A stretch of DNA of 64,000 nucleotides from positions 3,906,001 to 3,970,000 of the forward strand of contig OZ176050.1 of the NCBI GenBank assembly GCA_964247055.1. Direction: 5' to 3'. Positions 39,522-53,758 of this stretch are shown one piece after another. Position 1 is the first letter of the stretch, and each line of letters begins with the position of its first letter. Made by a program: the position numbers and the translations under genes. The stretch comes from Paragordius varius (taxonomy: Eukaryota; Animalia; Nematomorpha). The notes beneath the pieces were generated by a model. The model was given only the letters and a program-made list of their open reading frames with translations, ran no database searches and was not told where the DNA came from.

Positions 39522-42224
39522 TGTATATATAACAAATTATTTATAGTTTTTAGAAATTGGAATAACCTGATACACATCTAAGTGAACTTAGCTTCTTTAA
39601 AAAATATATTTGGAACACACATTCAAATTTTTTTATAAGGTATGCAATTGTTTTAACTAATATTTTAGATTTATTTGCTGTCAAAGCAATGCGATGGTCT
39701 GTATATAAGCGTAATATTTATGATGCATTCCTTAAATGTCCGCCAATTTTCACCCTTCATTTTGAAAACGCCATTTTTTATTACATCCTGATTTACATCG
39801 AAACATGCAAAACGAGAGAGCCCGTGATTTGTTAATAAACGTTTTAGAAAAGTAAAAAGAATTTATATTTCATAGATACCCTATACTGTATTCAAAAAGA
39901 AAACAATTCAATCCGAGTTAAAGAAGATTGGGAGAAGCTTTATTTAGAAGTGAAAAGGGAATTGGATTATGACATAATATTAAACCAAATTATAAAAATG
40001 TTTAATAATATCAAGTACACTTTAAAGAAGAAATTAAGAAAATTCAATGAAACAGACATAAATTCCCCTAAGTTTTTTGCATATGAAAATAAATTAATCT
40101 CGCTGCTAAGAGAGATTCCAAGAACCAAAGAGGCTGTCAATACAATTCCTTCAAATTTTCTAATCGGGTCCCCTACAAATAATGAGTTTTTAAGCTTTTA
40201 ATTTTAAGTGATACCACAATTAATCTACCAATTAATCGCTCGCAAATACTACAAATAATTTTCAGTAATCTTTATTTAATTAATGCGTAGATTACTAACA
40301 AAAAGGATAATAGCCAGGCGCTCAGAGGCCGAATGATTATAAATCTTTATTAAGGTTCACTCCTGAAACGGTTGATTTTATAACAAACGAGATATTTCCA
40401 CTACATCTTAGACCCACACAACGAAAAGGTTTTTGATGTACAAACGGTATGTTGAAATATTTTTAAGATATTAGCAGATTCGGGATTTCAACATGGAGTC
40501 AGCAATAATTTTGGGATATCCCGAAGCTATGCGACACGAATAATATCCTATGTCAGCCACTATTGTAGCAGACTACGCCAAAAATGGATTTAAAATTAAA
40601 CGCATTTTAATATTTTCTAAGTTAGTCATTATGTCATTAAGTTTGTCTTATTTTATATATGTATTTTTTTGCTAAAAACAAACAACACATAGCATCTCAC
40701 AAATTTGGAATTTCCATTTTTTGATACATTTCCATACGTTTTGTATCAATTTTTATATAGATTATAATTAATAAATTTAATATATTAATTTTTAAAATAA
40801 AATAATTACAAATTATTAAATTATTGTTTATCGAAATAATATAGGTTTAAACGTCTTGGAGTGCAGTGCTAAAAACATAATTATGTTGGTAAAATTTTTT
40901 AAAAAAAGGGAAACTTATATTTGATATTGGACAAAATATTAGTTGTTATCAATTTTTAAGTTAGGTAATACAGCAAAAATTAATATTATTGGATATATTG
41001 ATGTTTTAAAGGGTGCTTTGATGAAAATTTAGTGCAAATGAATTATCGAGTAATTTTTTTACCCCCTGGGTAGTTTTTATTTTAAATTTAATAATAGCAA
41101 AAATATTGGACAAAAAATACTTCAATGGTTTTTTAAGCTATTTACAACTAAAATATCTTTCATCTCGAACTTTTAGCCATTATATTTTCTTTAACTTTTT
41201 GTAGATTATGGATTATCAGCTGTTTTAAAAGAATATGATTAATTTATGTTTTTAATTTATATTAGTTACAAAATTGAATATTGATAAAAATATTGAAAAG
41301 AATATCGCGATTTCAAGGTATAAGGTTTCATCTTTATATTTTAGCAACAATGAAATTAAATTTAAATTTTTTTGACTTCGGGACTACAAAACCCTTAACT
41401 AAATATATAAGTTATAAATCAAATAACTTAGATTTGTTATTTTTTAAATATTATTTTTTCATTTTGATTTCAAAGCCTTTTATTCAATCTATTTAATTTT
41501 TATTCTTATTTAGCAGGCAAGCTGTTTTTGATCGTTGAGTTTCATAATTTTTTACTACTCTAAAAATCATTTATAAATTAAAATGATCTGGCAAAAAAAT
41601 TAATAAATTATCCAAAACAGCATTATGTAGCATCACAATATCCAAAATACAATTAAAGATACTCTCAAAAGATAACAATAGAGGTGAAAATTAATGAATA
41701 TATCTTTTTAATACCGTTTGACCAAGGGCAAATATACAATAATAAAATTATAATAATTTCAGTTTCGTAAAAACAGAAATACATATAGTGGAGTTTAGTG
41801 GGAAAATACCAATTATTATCGCAACAAAATATTTTCCCAATTTTTAACCTTAACGATTTTAAACAGATTGAATAAAATTATATACTACTCTATTTGACAT
41901 AGTAACTTTAAAAAATTATAATTATAATTAGAATTGATGATAAACACATTTTGCTGATTCATTATTCAATGAATATATTTATATACAAAAAATATAAAAA
42001 GAAAATAAAACGCATTTCGTATAAAAAGTTATTACGTAATATATCCACGAAAGTTGAGACAATAGACATCAAGCAAATTCTTGGAACATTTCAGTTTTAG
42101 GGCATATTATATGTGAAATTTTTAATATTAAGTGTGTAAATAAATTATCATATAATCTTTGTGATAATATAAACAAATAAATTATTATTTTATCAATCAT
42201 TTTATCATTTTTTCTTTGTATAAT

Positions 42225-45200
42225 ATGTTATATCAAAATAATTATACAGCTATACTATTAATAATCTCAATTATAATTGTCAATTTATTCGCTGTTTATG
42301 AATCATCAAAAAAATCGGCAGGATGCCCAACTTTACCCAGGAATGTCGATTGTACTTGTAGGGTAGAATCAACGAACGTTTACCTCGTTTATTGCCAAAG
42401 CGTATTTCACATGGAACACATTCACACGGTAATCAAGGCTTTTGATACACCTAAACACAGAGATATACCCATTAAGTTTTGGATTTTAAATTCCAAGTTT
42501 GATAGCATTAACGCCATCAAATTACCTGACACCAATGTTAAAATTGTGGGCTTGGAATTTTTGTACACATCCATTCGACAAATGTCTGAGAGTGCGTTTG
42601 ATTCTATAAGTGCTGATCTCCAAGAATTAGTTGTTATGGATGATACTGCGACCTCAGTTATGCACACGGATAGCATAAAATTGATTTTAAAAGCCATGAC
42701 TCAACTCAAAAAACTTAAAAAAATTATCTTATACTTTCCAGATTTACTCCATTTTGATATCGGATATTTGAATAATTTCAGTGAATTGGAGGATTTGCAG
42801 CTTGAAATACCTCATGTAATGTATGTACATGGAGATCATCTCAATTTACCGAAATTAAAAAGGTTTAAACTTCAAAGTAAAGTATCCTATATTCCACCCG
42901 AAATCAGCAATCTTACTAGCATACAAATATTATCCATATATTCAAATCACCTAAACGATATCAATGACGAAGCATTTAGATTTTTGATAAATGTTAAGAA
43001 ATTAGTCCTATCTTCTGGTCTTGAGAAAGTCGCTATGAATTTTACATCAAATTTTAAGGATTTACAAAATTTAGACTTAGACAATAATCATTTAACTACT
43101 CTTCCATCGTTTTGCAAAACAGCGGTAACAAGGAATAGGTATGATGTAAATATTAAAATATTGCCCTTTTATTTAATTTAAAGCAGTGGTACTCACCAAA
43201 AAAATTTGACGGGCCAAATAAAATAAATTTTTTTTCTCGAGGGCCATGAACCTTCTAATGGCAAATATTCCATAGCTCTTTGACACATATGCACTTTATA
43301 CTCTAAATCAGCACGATTTTTTTGCGTATTGCATGATCCAACTAAAAATCGTTTTGCACCATTTAGTTTAAAAAATTAAAATATTTTGATATTAACTAAT
43401 AACAAGCCAATTTTAATACGTTTGTCCATATTCATCGGTTAAGAGATTTCTGTATGTATTCTTAACATACTTCATTTAGGAATATGTGGTCTTACACGTG
43501 TAAGTTGAGGGAAAAACAGTTAGAATAACTTAAGCACAATTTTTTTATTTTCATATTTATTTGGCACATCTTACCAAAACTCTACATATCTTTCTACTCT
43601 ACGATTCTCCTTGAATATAGCCTCCAAGTTGGAATCATTTTTGAACTACGAATTCTTTAATCATATGCCCCTGATCAAAACCGAAATGGGTAAATCGCTT
43701 AATATTGGATACTCATGCCATGGATTTTAAATGAGTTTAAATTATTTCTTAATTCAAATCTGAATTTCATATCAATAAAAATGTTAAATGATTGTCTATT
43801 CTTAAATTAATCAAATTTTATATTTTCTTCATGAATCGTTTTAAGTGTTGGAAAATATGGGAGTGTTTATTTATAAAATCTGGATTATATTTGATTAGCA
43901 AATTGGGTTATTATTTTTCTCCCTTGAAGACCTGTATTAAAACTAAGATAAATAATGTCGCAAAGGTAGGCTAATAAAACCCACCATTTTATTAATTTCC
44001 TTGTCAATTTTTCTGTTATCTTTATGATAATAGAATTTCATAACTTTAAACAAAAAATCACAGCGGTGTACAAAAGAACATCATCAAACTCTCTGTGGAT
44101 ATCTTTCAGAAGGTTTGTGAGTATACGCGGTTTAAATTCTCTGCCACGGATGTGGTTAACCATATCTACAACCGTTTTAATTACTGATTTGAGTGATTCA
44201 TCTTTTACACGCGAAACCATGTTTTACTGCTGAATAAGGCAGTGAAAGGATTAAATATTTTGCAAATTATATTTGTTTTTCAAAAGAGGAATAAATCCTT
44301 TGTTTATTCCAATCATAAAGGGACAGATATGTGTGCAGATCACCAATTTCATAATATTATCGAAAAAAGTGCTAATTAATTCGAGAAAACTTCCTTTCGT
44401 GGTATTATTCATTGGTAAAAATTTTAAATATTCCTCGTTGATCATGTTGTCGTTACAAAATCTCACAAAGAGCGCACATTGAGGTGTTGTAATATCAGTC
44501 CTAAAATCAATAGCAATACTAAAATATTTGCAGTTTTTCAGAGCCAATAATGTTTTGTTAAAAATATATTTAGACATATCTTGAATGCGCCGAGCACATG
44601 TTGAATCAGAAAGTTGAAGTTTTTTTAATTTGCCCTATGATTTGATCTTTATGGAATTTATCAAAAAAAGTGCAACAATTTATTAGACATTATTAGTTGG
44701 GAATCAGTAAACAGTTTCATATTTTTTCCTTAAATATAGCAAATTTCATACGAAGCTAATGTTAAAGCTTTTTCCTGGGAAAAAGCTATGGACATTTTAG
44801 ATTTAGCCTATAATTCCTTAATCGTTTATATTTTTCGTTTTCTTCATGATTTTCGGGTAATTTACGAAAATGGATTGTAAAATGTGTATCAATATTGTAT
44901 TTTTATATAATTATGTTATCCTACATATATGGCAGTCAACAACATTTTTATTTTGAACGACAAAGAATTATTTCCCATTGTTTTTTTAGAAGCGATTTTC
45001 ATCGGATAATTTATGTTTTTTAGCAGTAGATGTCATCCTTTGAATTTATGTTTAAATATTATGGAGATTTTTTCAAAAAATTAGGATTATAATTTGAATT
45101 ATGATATAAAAAACAGCTCAAAATTTAATGATGTTTTTTTGAAAAATATTTTATGGGAATAAGTTATTAAAAATGATGCAGGATAGCAATGAAATATGGA

Positions 45201-47420
45201 AGTTTTAGTGAAATGCTTGGTTAAATACAAAAAAGGAATTCAATAAAAATGTCAAAATAGAAAAGAAAATAGAATAAAGAAACAGATTCAACGTGTGCCA
45301 ACATTTTGAAATCATTCTAATGTAAGGAAATTTTTCTACATTCAAATTGGGTGAAAACAAAATCTACGAAAATTTGTTTGTGTATTTTAAAAATTCATCA
45401 ATAAAAAAATTATAAGTATCAATATGGTCATAGGGCAATTTTAAAGCACTCTAAGGGCCGCGGTTTGAGTAATACTGATTTAAAGTATGAATCAACATAC
45501 ATAACAAGGTTATTTGTAAACTTGTATTTAATTGATTTTTCATTTGAATTTTTGTTGGCATTTTAAAGATTTATTTCTACTTAAGGTTGCAATCGCCATA
45601 GTAGTGACCAATGACTGACTTATCATTAAAATGCGTGTCTGCATTATATTTGTAATTTACCATTTCATAGTTAAAGGAGGAAAAAATATTTAAGTTTTTT
45701 TAACGCTTGAGTTGAGCTTTTTTCCTATTTGTTTTTTAAGAAGAATGAGAGCTTCATCAATTCAATTATCTAAGGTCGGTCATAACATAAACTAAAAACT
45801 AAACGTTATATATATATACAACTGTATTTAGACATTTGTCCAATTTATCCGCAATCATTTTGTCTCAAAATTTATTGACTGATGATAGTCTGAAACCAGA
45901 AGTTTTTGCGGGCTGTACCAATTTAACACATTTAATATTGGATGCAAATAAGATTGAATCACCTCCAAACGATTTTTTGATGGATTCACAATCTACCCTT
46001 ACGAGCTTACACATGTCCCATAACCATATTAAACGGGTTCCAGTTGGTTTACTAAGGAATCTCCCTAATTTAACATCTTTAAATTTGGGATATAATAATA
46101 TTATTGAGGTGGCACCCCATGCATTCAGTCAAAATGCAAAATTACAAATTCTCAATTTAAATGGTAATAAAATCAAGAGATTTGAACTGCTTGATGACAA
46201 GATTCTTACCAATATTAATACAATATGGTTAGGAAATAATCTTCTGACGGAATTTCCCTTTGAATCCATTCAAAATTATCAAAATCTCACCAGCCTTATA
46301 TTAAACAAAAATAAAATTAAAAGTATCGACGGGCTTCTGGATCTGATCAAAGTTAGTCCGAAAAAACGCATATATTTACATGGTAAGACTCTCTTTTATT
46401 GGGCGCATTATTGCCATAAAAATTTGAATTAATATGCAGACTAAACGTTAAAAGTAAACAACAAATTTTTATTGAAAAGACAACCAATCAGGTTTTTTAA
46501 AACCATGATTTTTAATACTCGTGTAATTAATTTATATAACTAAGCGCATATCAATTTACATCAACCCCATTCGGCAAACCAAAACGACGTACATTAAAAA
46601 AATTAAGATTGTTCTTTTTTAAAATATAGTCTCAGTCTGTGTATTATCAATTTTCTGTTTTTATCCTATTAAAAACATTTTCTTAAGAAGAAATAAATAA
46701 TTCCATTATTTTTCGATGCATATCAATTTTTTTATAGATAATCCCATTGTGTGTGATTGTGACACTTATAATTTGGCATATTGGTACAACAATGAATATA
46801 AATTAAACCAAGGACAGAAAACGGTGGATATGGAATATATGGATTATATTGATGTTAGTGAAGTGTCTGGTCTTGAAATCATAGGAACGTGTTCTAATCT
46901 CGATTACAAAATAACAGAAATATCGTTAACTGATGCAAGCTTAATTGAAAAACTCTCCCCCCTTTGTGATTCGGAAAATAAACCACCAAACGTTATTATA
47001 CGTGCTAAAACAACCGTTCGACAAATAGATACGAGTACTCCCAGTAAATATATTTCGGATTTAACAACCTCGTCTTCGATAATTTCCTCCTTGTTAAGCA
47101 ATCGTACAACGACAAAATTGGTCAACAAACAACCCGATCAACGTGAGCTGCAAAAATATAAACAAAATACATACATTTTTGGTTCCCTATTTGTCCTGAC
47201 TGTTTTTATGCTTGGCATAATAATCCTGCAACGTTTTGGATTAATTCCAAACACATTTAAACAAAAAACGGTGGGATTATTTCAAGCGTCTCCCCTTTCC
47301 CTTAACACGAAAAATAATCATCGTTATGCCAATGACATTTGGCAGAATGGCAGGGAAACATCTGATCGAATACATTTCAAAAATCATGAATTTGTTCCTC
47401 CTGCAACCTCTACCACATAA
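42225..47420 (+). CDS. LRR transmembrane receptor-like protein, copy 3; join(42225..43138,45832..46382,46738..47420), 715 aa, full length
   Basis: Same splice sites and phases; exons 914, 551 and 683 bp; complete stalk and tail; intron 1 enlarged by a hAT. Confidence 0.9.
43184..45477 (-). mobile_element. hAT (SPIN/Charlie-like) in intron 1 of copy 3, decayed transposase
   Basis: 8-bp TSD ATTTAAAG (single in copies 1 and 2); imperfect TIR CAGTGGTACTCA / CAGTATTACTCA; motifs YFSIAIDFRTDIT, VVDMVNHIRGR. Confidence 0.88.
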
Positions 47421-48473
47421 TAAACTAATTAATATTAATTGATCGGAAGATTACCGCTCATAAAATGTGATAGATTTTTATTGCTATCAATATATAGAAA
47501 ATTTGTATATTATAATAAATAATTATCAATTAACATTTTCTCGTGTTATTTATATGATATTATCAATTCTTTAGTTGTTGTATTTCTGTAACATGGTTTA
47601 ATAGTTAAATTTAAAAAGTTAATAAAATTTTTTTAATATAGGCCATTTTCAATGGATTAAATGTTTAAGAATTGATCTCTTATTTTTTTAAATTCTGGTT
47701 TTGAGATAAATCTCGAAATCTATTAGTGCGTCCTGTGATAGGACAAGACCTGTGATTCAATGTTTTTTCAGATAATGGGTCGCATATTATAAGATCAAGT
47801 GTTTTAATAGAAGACTTGGTTTTAATGGAGCACATTTTGTTTAATTATTAGACTTTGGTGGCGGTAATCTTGCATGAATTGGAACCAAATTTAAATGTAA
47901 TTATAAAAATAATATTAATAATTATGACTAATAACAGTAACGTCTAAAAATTTGTAATACGCTGCAGTGTCAGTAGCGCCTTTTTTGAACAAAATTAAAA
48001 TGATGTTTTAAAAATCATCAAACATTTTCTTTTTGCATACGAATGACTAATAAATTCATTTATGTTGCATTTGCAAACCTTTTTAGCCCCAAAAAATGTA
48101 AATTTGTGATTTTTTAGATTTTAGCGTCCAAAATGTATCCCTTAAACTTAAGGTACTTTATTGTTCTAAAGCAGGGCTGTTCAACAGGTGGTTCCGGAGC
48201 CACTTGTGGCTCTTTGAAAATTTTGAGTGGCTTATCAAAAAAAATTGAACAAAATTTTTTTTATAAAAAGTTTAATTATTGAATAGCGATGTAAAATTTT
48301 TATTTTTTTTTAAAAAAATTTAAATTGATTTCCATAAATTTTTTTACAAATTTTATTAATTTCCTCGAATTCATTTAATCATTTATTCCTTTACAATCTG
48401 AGAATCTTTAGAATGCCTCCCATAGTAAACTTTTTTTGGTAATTATTTAGTGAAGAACCTATTTTTAATATAG

Positions 48474-51400
48474 CAGGGCTTCTTAAACTTTTGTAGTTCC
48501 CGACCCCATTTATGATTGCGAGTTTCTTAACGACCCCAACAAATAAAAAAAGAAAAATAATAATTTCTTCAAAATAACAATTGGAAATTTTGTTGATAAT
48601 ATTTATCAGGATTTTTGAGAGATTGAGAAAAATATATCTACATTTTTTATAAATTTCAATAACATTTTCTGATTCATTGTAAATTTATACAAGATACTAG
48701 CTGGCCCTGTCACGCTTCAGTGTGGCATCATCTCACCGATAACACTGTGACACAACTTTTTCTGAATCTAAATTTTTTAATATTTTCTGATTTCTTATGG
48801 TATTGTGATCAGATTTGTGAAAAAAAATTTTTACTTACCCAGGTCGTTTTCGAGATATGGGACTTTTTCCATATTTAGACATATACAATATTTTCTCGTT
48901 TGTAAATATTTTTCACTAGGTAAACAAATTATATGTGGCTTATAATACAAATTTTATTATAGACCACCAATTTATCTTTAAAATAAAAAAATTAACTCAA
49001 AATATTCAATACTTTTTGTTCCAGGGGCAAAAACCCTCAAAAACGGGGGAACTTAACATTTTTTGTCACAAATATTTTTCATCATCTTATTAAATGAAAA
49101 CACATTTTATTTTATGTTCTTGGATGTTAATAATGTTTGTTTAATTATAATTATCATTAGGTAATAGATTTGTCGACTTTTATTTTAAAAAATAAATTTA
49201 ATTTTTACATCTTTTTGCTGTTTTTTTATCTAAAAAGCTAAATTTTACTCAGCTGCATATAATATATTCTTTATTTCATATGATATTTTTAAATATTTCT
49301 TACACTTAAATATACTCTATATCAGCTTTTTCATCAAGAATATATTATTGTATACCCAAAATGTACAAAAAATATAATTATCACCCACATTTTTTAAACG
49401 CCGCAGTTTTAATAGGGCCGCAGGCATGCATTTAATTTTAGGTTACGAGTCTTTTAAACAATGTAGTGTTTAAATCTAAAATGAACCCAAAGAAAAAGCG
49501 GCATAGGTTTTATTGCGAACTTTTCTTAAATTTTTTTAGGAAATTAAAAAATAACAATTACCTGGAATTAGTTAATCGACTCTTTCTATAGGATGGGTAT
49601 GTATGTCAGAATACTCATGTTATTTAAACATTTATATTCTTTTTTATCCAAAAATATAGGATGCCGCTTGAATCTAAAGCTACATATAGTGAATTCCCAT
49701 TGTGTGTTTCCCAAAGACGCCATCACAGAAAGAGCCGAAAAGGGACATCAATTTTAAATCTTTCGAAAAAACTAACGAAATAATATAAATTTAATTTGCG
49801 ATTATATATTTATATATATATATATATATAATAAATTAATTATTATTTTATTTTACTTTCATTCAAAATCAAGATAGATTATCCGTGTCTTTTTACCAAA
49901 ATAAACACATTCTTTATTATACACTCTAATTAATTGAAGCATCAAATTACATGTTTTCACTCGTCAGAGCGGTCATGTTATATAACCTGTCTCGCCATAG
50001 TACTCTATCTATGGCGTCTTCTGCATTCAGCTCATATTCTGCCAACTCTTTTTACTGTACACCCATTTCGATTTAGGCCGCCCACGTCCTCGTTTTCCTT
50101 CAACTATATGACTATCTATTATTTTTGCAATATGATTAGAATCTCTCCTTTCAATGTTCCGGAACCAACGTACCCTAATTTTTGACTTTATATTCACTAT
50201 TGATTTAACATCTGTGCACACGAATAAATCGATTCTCGATTCTATAGTCTGTTGTTACCCCATACATCATTCTAAGCATTTTCAGTTCAGTCACGTTGAA
50301 ATGTCTTTCTTCGGATTTTTTGACACTCCACGTCTGTGAATTATACATCATTGTGGGTTGAACAACTGAACTGTATATCTTACCTTTCACTCTAACATCA
50401 ATATATGGATCACATAACACGCTTGAAATTTTCCAATTTATCCAACTGCTCTTTATTTTCAAATTATTATCATCGGTCAACGATCCAACTGATCTTAACT
50501 TAGCCCCCAAATATTTGCAACTTTCTTTACCCTTCAGAAGGCTATCATCAACTTCCATTTCATGTTGTGGACCCCCAAAAGTAATAAGTTCGGTTTTTGC
50601 TTTAACTTTCAGACCGTATTGATTCAGTATAATGTTCCATCTGTTTACCGTTCGCTTTAACTCAGCCAATGAATCAGACAAGATGATTATGTCACCTGAA
50701 TTTAAGTCAAACCTGACCTTACATTAACGACCTTGGCTATCTCGTCCATACAAATTAAAAACAATAAGGGGCTGAGTGATGACCTTGGTAGACTCCATAC
50801 TTTATTAAAAAGGGCTCTGATAAACCTTGTGTTTTAATCCTAGAGGTCTGAGATTTGTACATTATTAAACAACTTGATATAACTTTCTGGGACCTTTTTA
50901 CGACGGATTCAACAAATAGTTTATCTAGGAATCCTGTCAAAAAATTTTTCAATCTCAATTAAAACCCCGTGTAACTCTTTCAATGAGAATTATATATTGA
51001 ATTATACGCAAATCCTCATTTAATGCTTCAATTAATTAGAGTGAAGATTAAAGAAAGTGTATATTTTGGTCAAAAAGACACGGATAATCTATCTTGGTTT
51101 TGAATGAAAGTAAAATAAAATAATAATTAATTCATTATATACATATATATATATAAATATATAATCGCAAATAAAATTTATATTATTTCTATAGTTTTTT
51201 CGAAAGATTTAAAATTAATGTCCCTTTTCGGCTCTTTCTGTGATGGCGTCTTTGGGAAACACATAATGGGAATTCACTATATGTAGCTTTAGATTAAAGC
51301 GGCATCCTATATTTTTGGATAAAAAAGAATATAAATGTTTAAATAACATGAGTATTCTGACATACATACCCATCCTAGAGAAAGAGTCGATTAACTTATT

Positions 51401-53552
51401 CCAGGTAATTGTTATTTTTTAATTTCCCAAAAAATTTTAAGAAAAAGTTCGCAATAAAACCTATGCCGCTTTTTCTTTGGGTAACACTACATCGTTTAAA
51501 AGACTCGTAACCTAAAACTAAATGCATGCCTGCGGCCCTATTAAAACTGCGGCTTTTAAAAAATGTGGGTGATAATTATATTTTTTGTACATTTTGGGTA
51601 TGTAATAATATATTCTTGATGAAAAAGCTGATATAGAGTATATTTAAGTGTAAGAAATATTTAAAATTATCATATGAAATAAAGAATAAATTATATGCAG
51701 CTGAGTAAAATTTAGCTTTTTTAGATAAAAAAACAGCAAAAAAGATGTAAAAATTAAATTTATTTTTTAAAATAAAAGTCGACAAATCTATTACCTAATG
51801 ATAATTATAATTAAACAAACATTATTAACATCCAAGAACATAAAATAAAATGTGTTTTCATTTAATAAGATGATGAAAAATATTTGTGACAAAAAATGTT
51901 AAGTTCCCCCGTTTTTGAGGGTTTTTGCCCCCTGGAACAAAAAGTATTAAATATTTTGACTTAATTTTTTTTATTTTAAAGATAAATTGTTGGTCTATAA
52001 TAAAATTTGTATTATAAGCCACATATTATTTGTTGACCTAGCGAAAAATATTTACAAACGAGAATATTTTGGATATGGCTAAATATGGAAAAAGTCCCAT
52101 ATCTCGAAAACCTGCGTAAGTAAAAATTTTTTTGCACAAATGTGATCATAATACCATAAGGAATCAGAAAATATTAATAAATTTGGATCCAGAAAATTGA
52201 CCCCAAATTTTGTTGCACAGTGTAATTATTCTTAATAATTTGCAATAAATAGAGTTAATGGAGGTTAAATAATAATAATAAAAAACATATTTAATAAAAA
52301 GAATGTCTTTAATTATTCTTTTACGGGTTTTTGCATAGGCTGAAATATTGTTTACTCGAAATTGACCAAATTAAATGTGTTCCTTATAAAATATTAAACC
52401 ATTGGATTTATTTTAAGATATTCGTTTTACGAAGTCATGGTTAAAAGTTCTAATTTGAAATTGTGTTCATACAGCTGGGATCAAGGGATATAAAAAGTAA
52501 ATCATTTGTGGTTCCTTTTTAAAGGAAAAAATGATATTATACAAATTAGCCAGAAACGTGTTTAACTGAACTCGTATGGCTTCTTAGGTTTTTTGAAAGT
52601 TAGCTCCAAAACTACGCCTATTTTGTTTGGCGTCTCCGTTCTAAACTGATAGACCCCTACCCATTTGCCTTTATAGGGCAAATATTCGGAATCATCTTTG
52701 ATACCATCGTCTCATGGGTTATTCAAAAAACCTCAACACTAAATCGTATGATGGCGTTTTAGGGCATAAAGGCATTAAATTAACGGCTAATAAAAGAATC
52801 CGATTTTAATTTTTACTTAGTTACGGGTAATATAACCTTTAATGAGCTAATATTGCTTCTAAACAGATAGCGCTAAAACTGCGCCACAATATAGAAATTG
52901 CGTTGCAGCCAATATTAAAAAAACGCAAGACTAAAATTTTTTCCTTTTAACAGAGAATAACTCGAATCCTCAGTAAATTTTAACGGTATCATACCCTGGG
53001 CAAAAAATTATTTAGTTTTTTTTTTAAAAAAATGGCATTTTACGGGGGGAACGGGTAAAAAGAGAGCCTAAATTAAAAAAAGTAAGCCGAGTAAGTTTGA
53101 AGCAATCAAAAAAACGTAAAAATAATCATATTTGAAATCGAATGGTTCAACATTTCCGGAAAATTGTCTAAAAGACACGATTTTCTGGACTTGTGTTTTC
53201 AAAAAAAACCGTTTAACTGGGAGCCTAATTCAAAAAAAGGGCGAAGCTATTGTCGGGGCATCATTAATGATTGAATTTTTTTGACACTTGGATGGATTTA
53301 CCGCGGTTTTCCGGAAACAGATTACAAAGCCAGCATTTTCCATTTTTATAAATATATAGATTATAATGATTGGAATAGATGCTGGTATAAACAGTCTTTC
53401 CGAACCAGAAGATTGTATGATATATTTATTTACGATGAATGTTATTTTTTTATAACAATAATTTTACAATTTAAAAAACATTTTTTGTTAAATTGTATTT
53501 TTATCACTCGCGACCCCAAATGGGGTCGCGACCCATAGTTTAAGAAGCCCTG
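48474..53552. mobile_element. Second copy of the nested block: hAT MITE containing Helitron 48697-53360
   Basis: Same termini and junctions as 24946-29992. Confidence 0.82.
48743..52222. mobile_element. Second palindromic Chapaev3-like element (arms 48743-49947, 51018-52222) with an RTE fragment in the loop
   Basis: Intact TAA|CACTGTG ... CACAGTG|TAA; RTE ORFs at 50027-50958 on the minus strand. Confidence 0.82.
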
Positions 53553-53758
53553 ATATAGCAATACCCATATTATTGGAGTTATAAATTACGTATTTTGCAA
53601 TTGGTAAATGTTTTTTTATTTATTTTTCTAACCACAGGGGTCATTATAAAAGGAATTTGTTCAAATCTATGTGAAACAAGCAGTGCGTTGTTAATATTGG
53701 TCTTTATTAAGACGTCGGATTTTATTTTAATACAATTGATTCCTCTGTAGCCCATACA

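Noticed and set aside
48743-52222. V(D)J RSS heptamers (CACAGTG) implying somatic rearrangement of the LRR genes
   Set aside because: They are transposon termini with a TAA TSD; no nonamer at 12/23 spacing, and not adjacent to exons.
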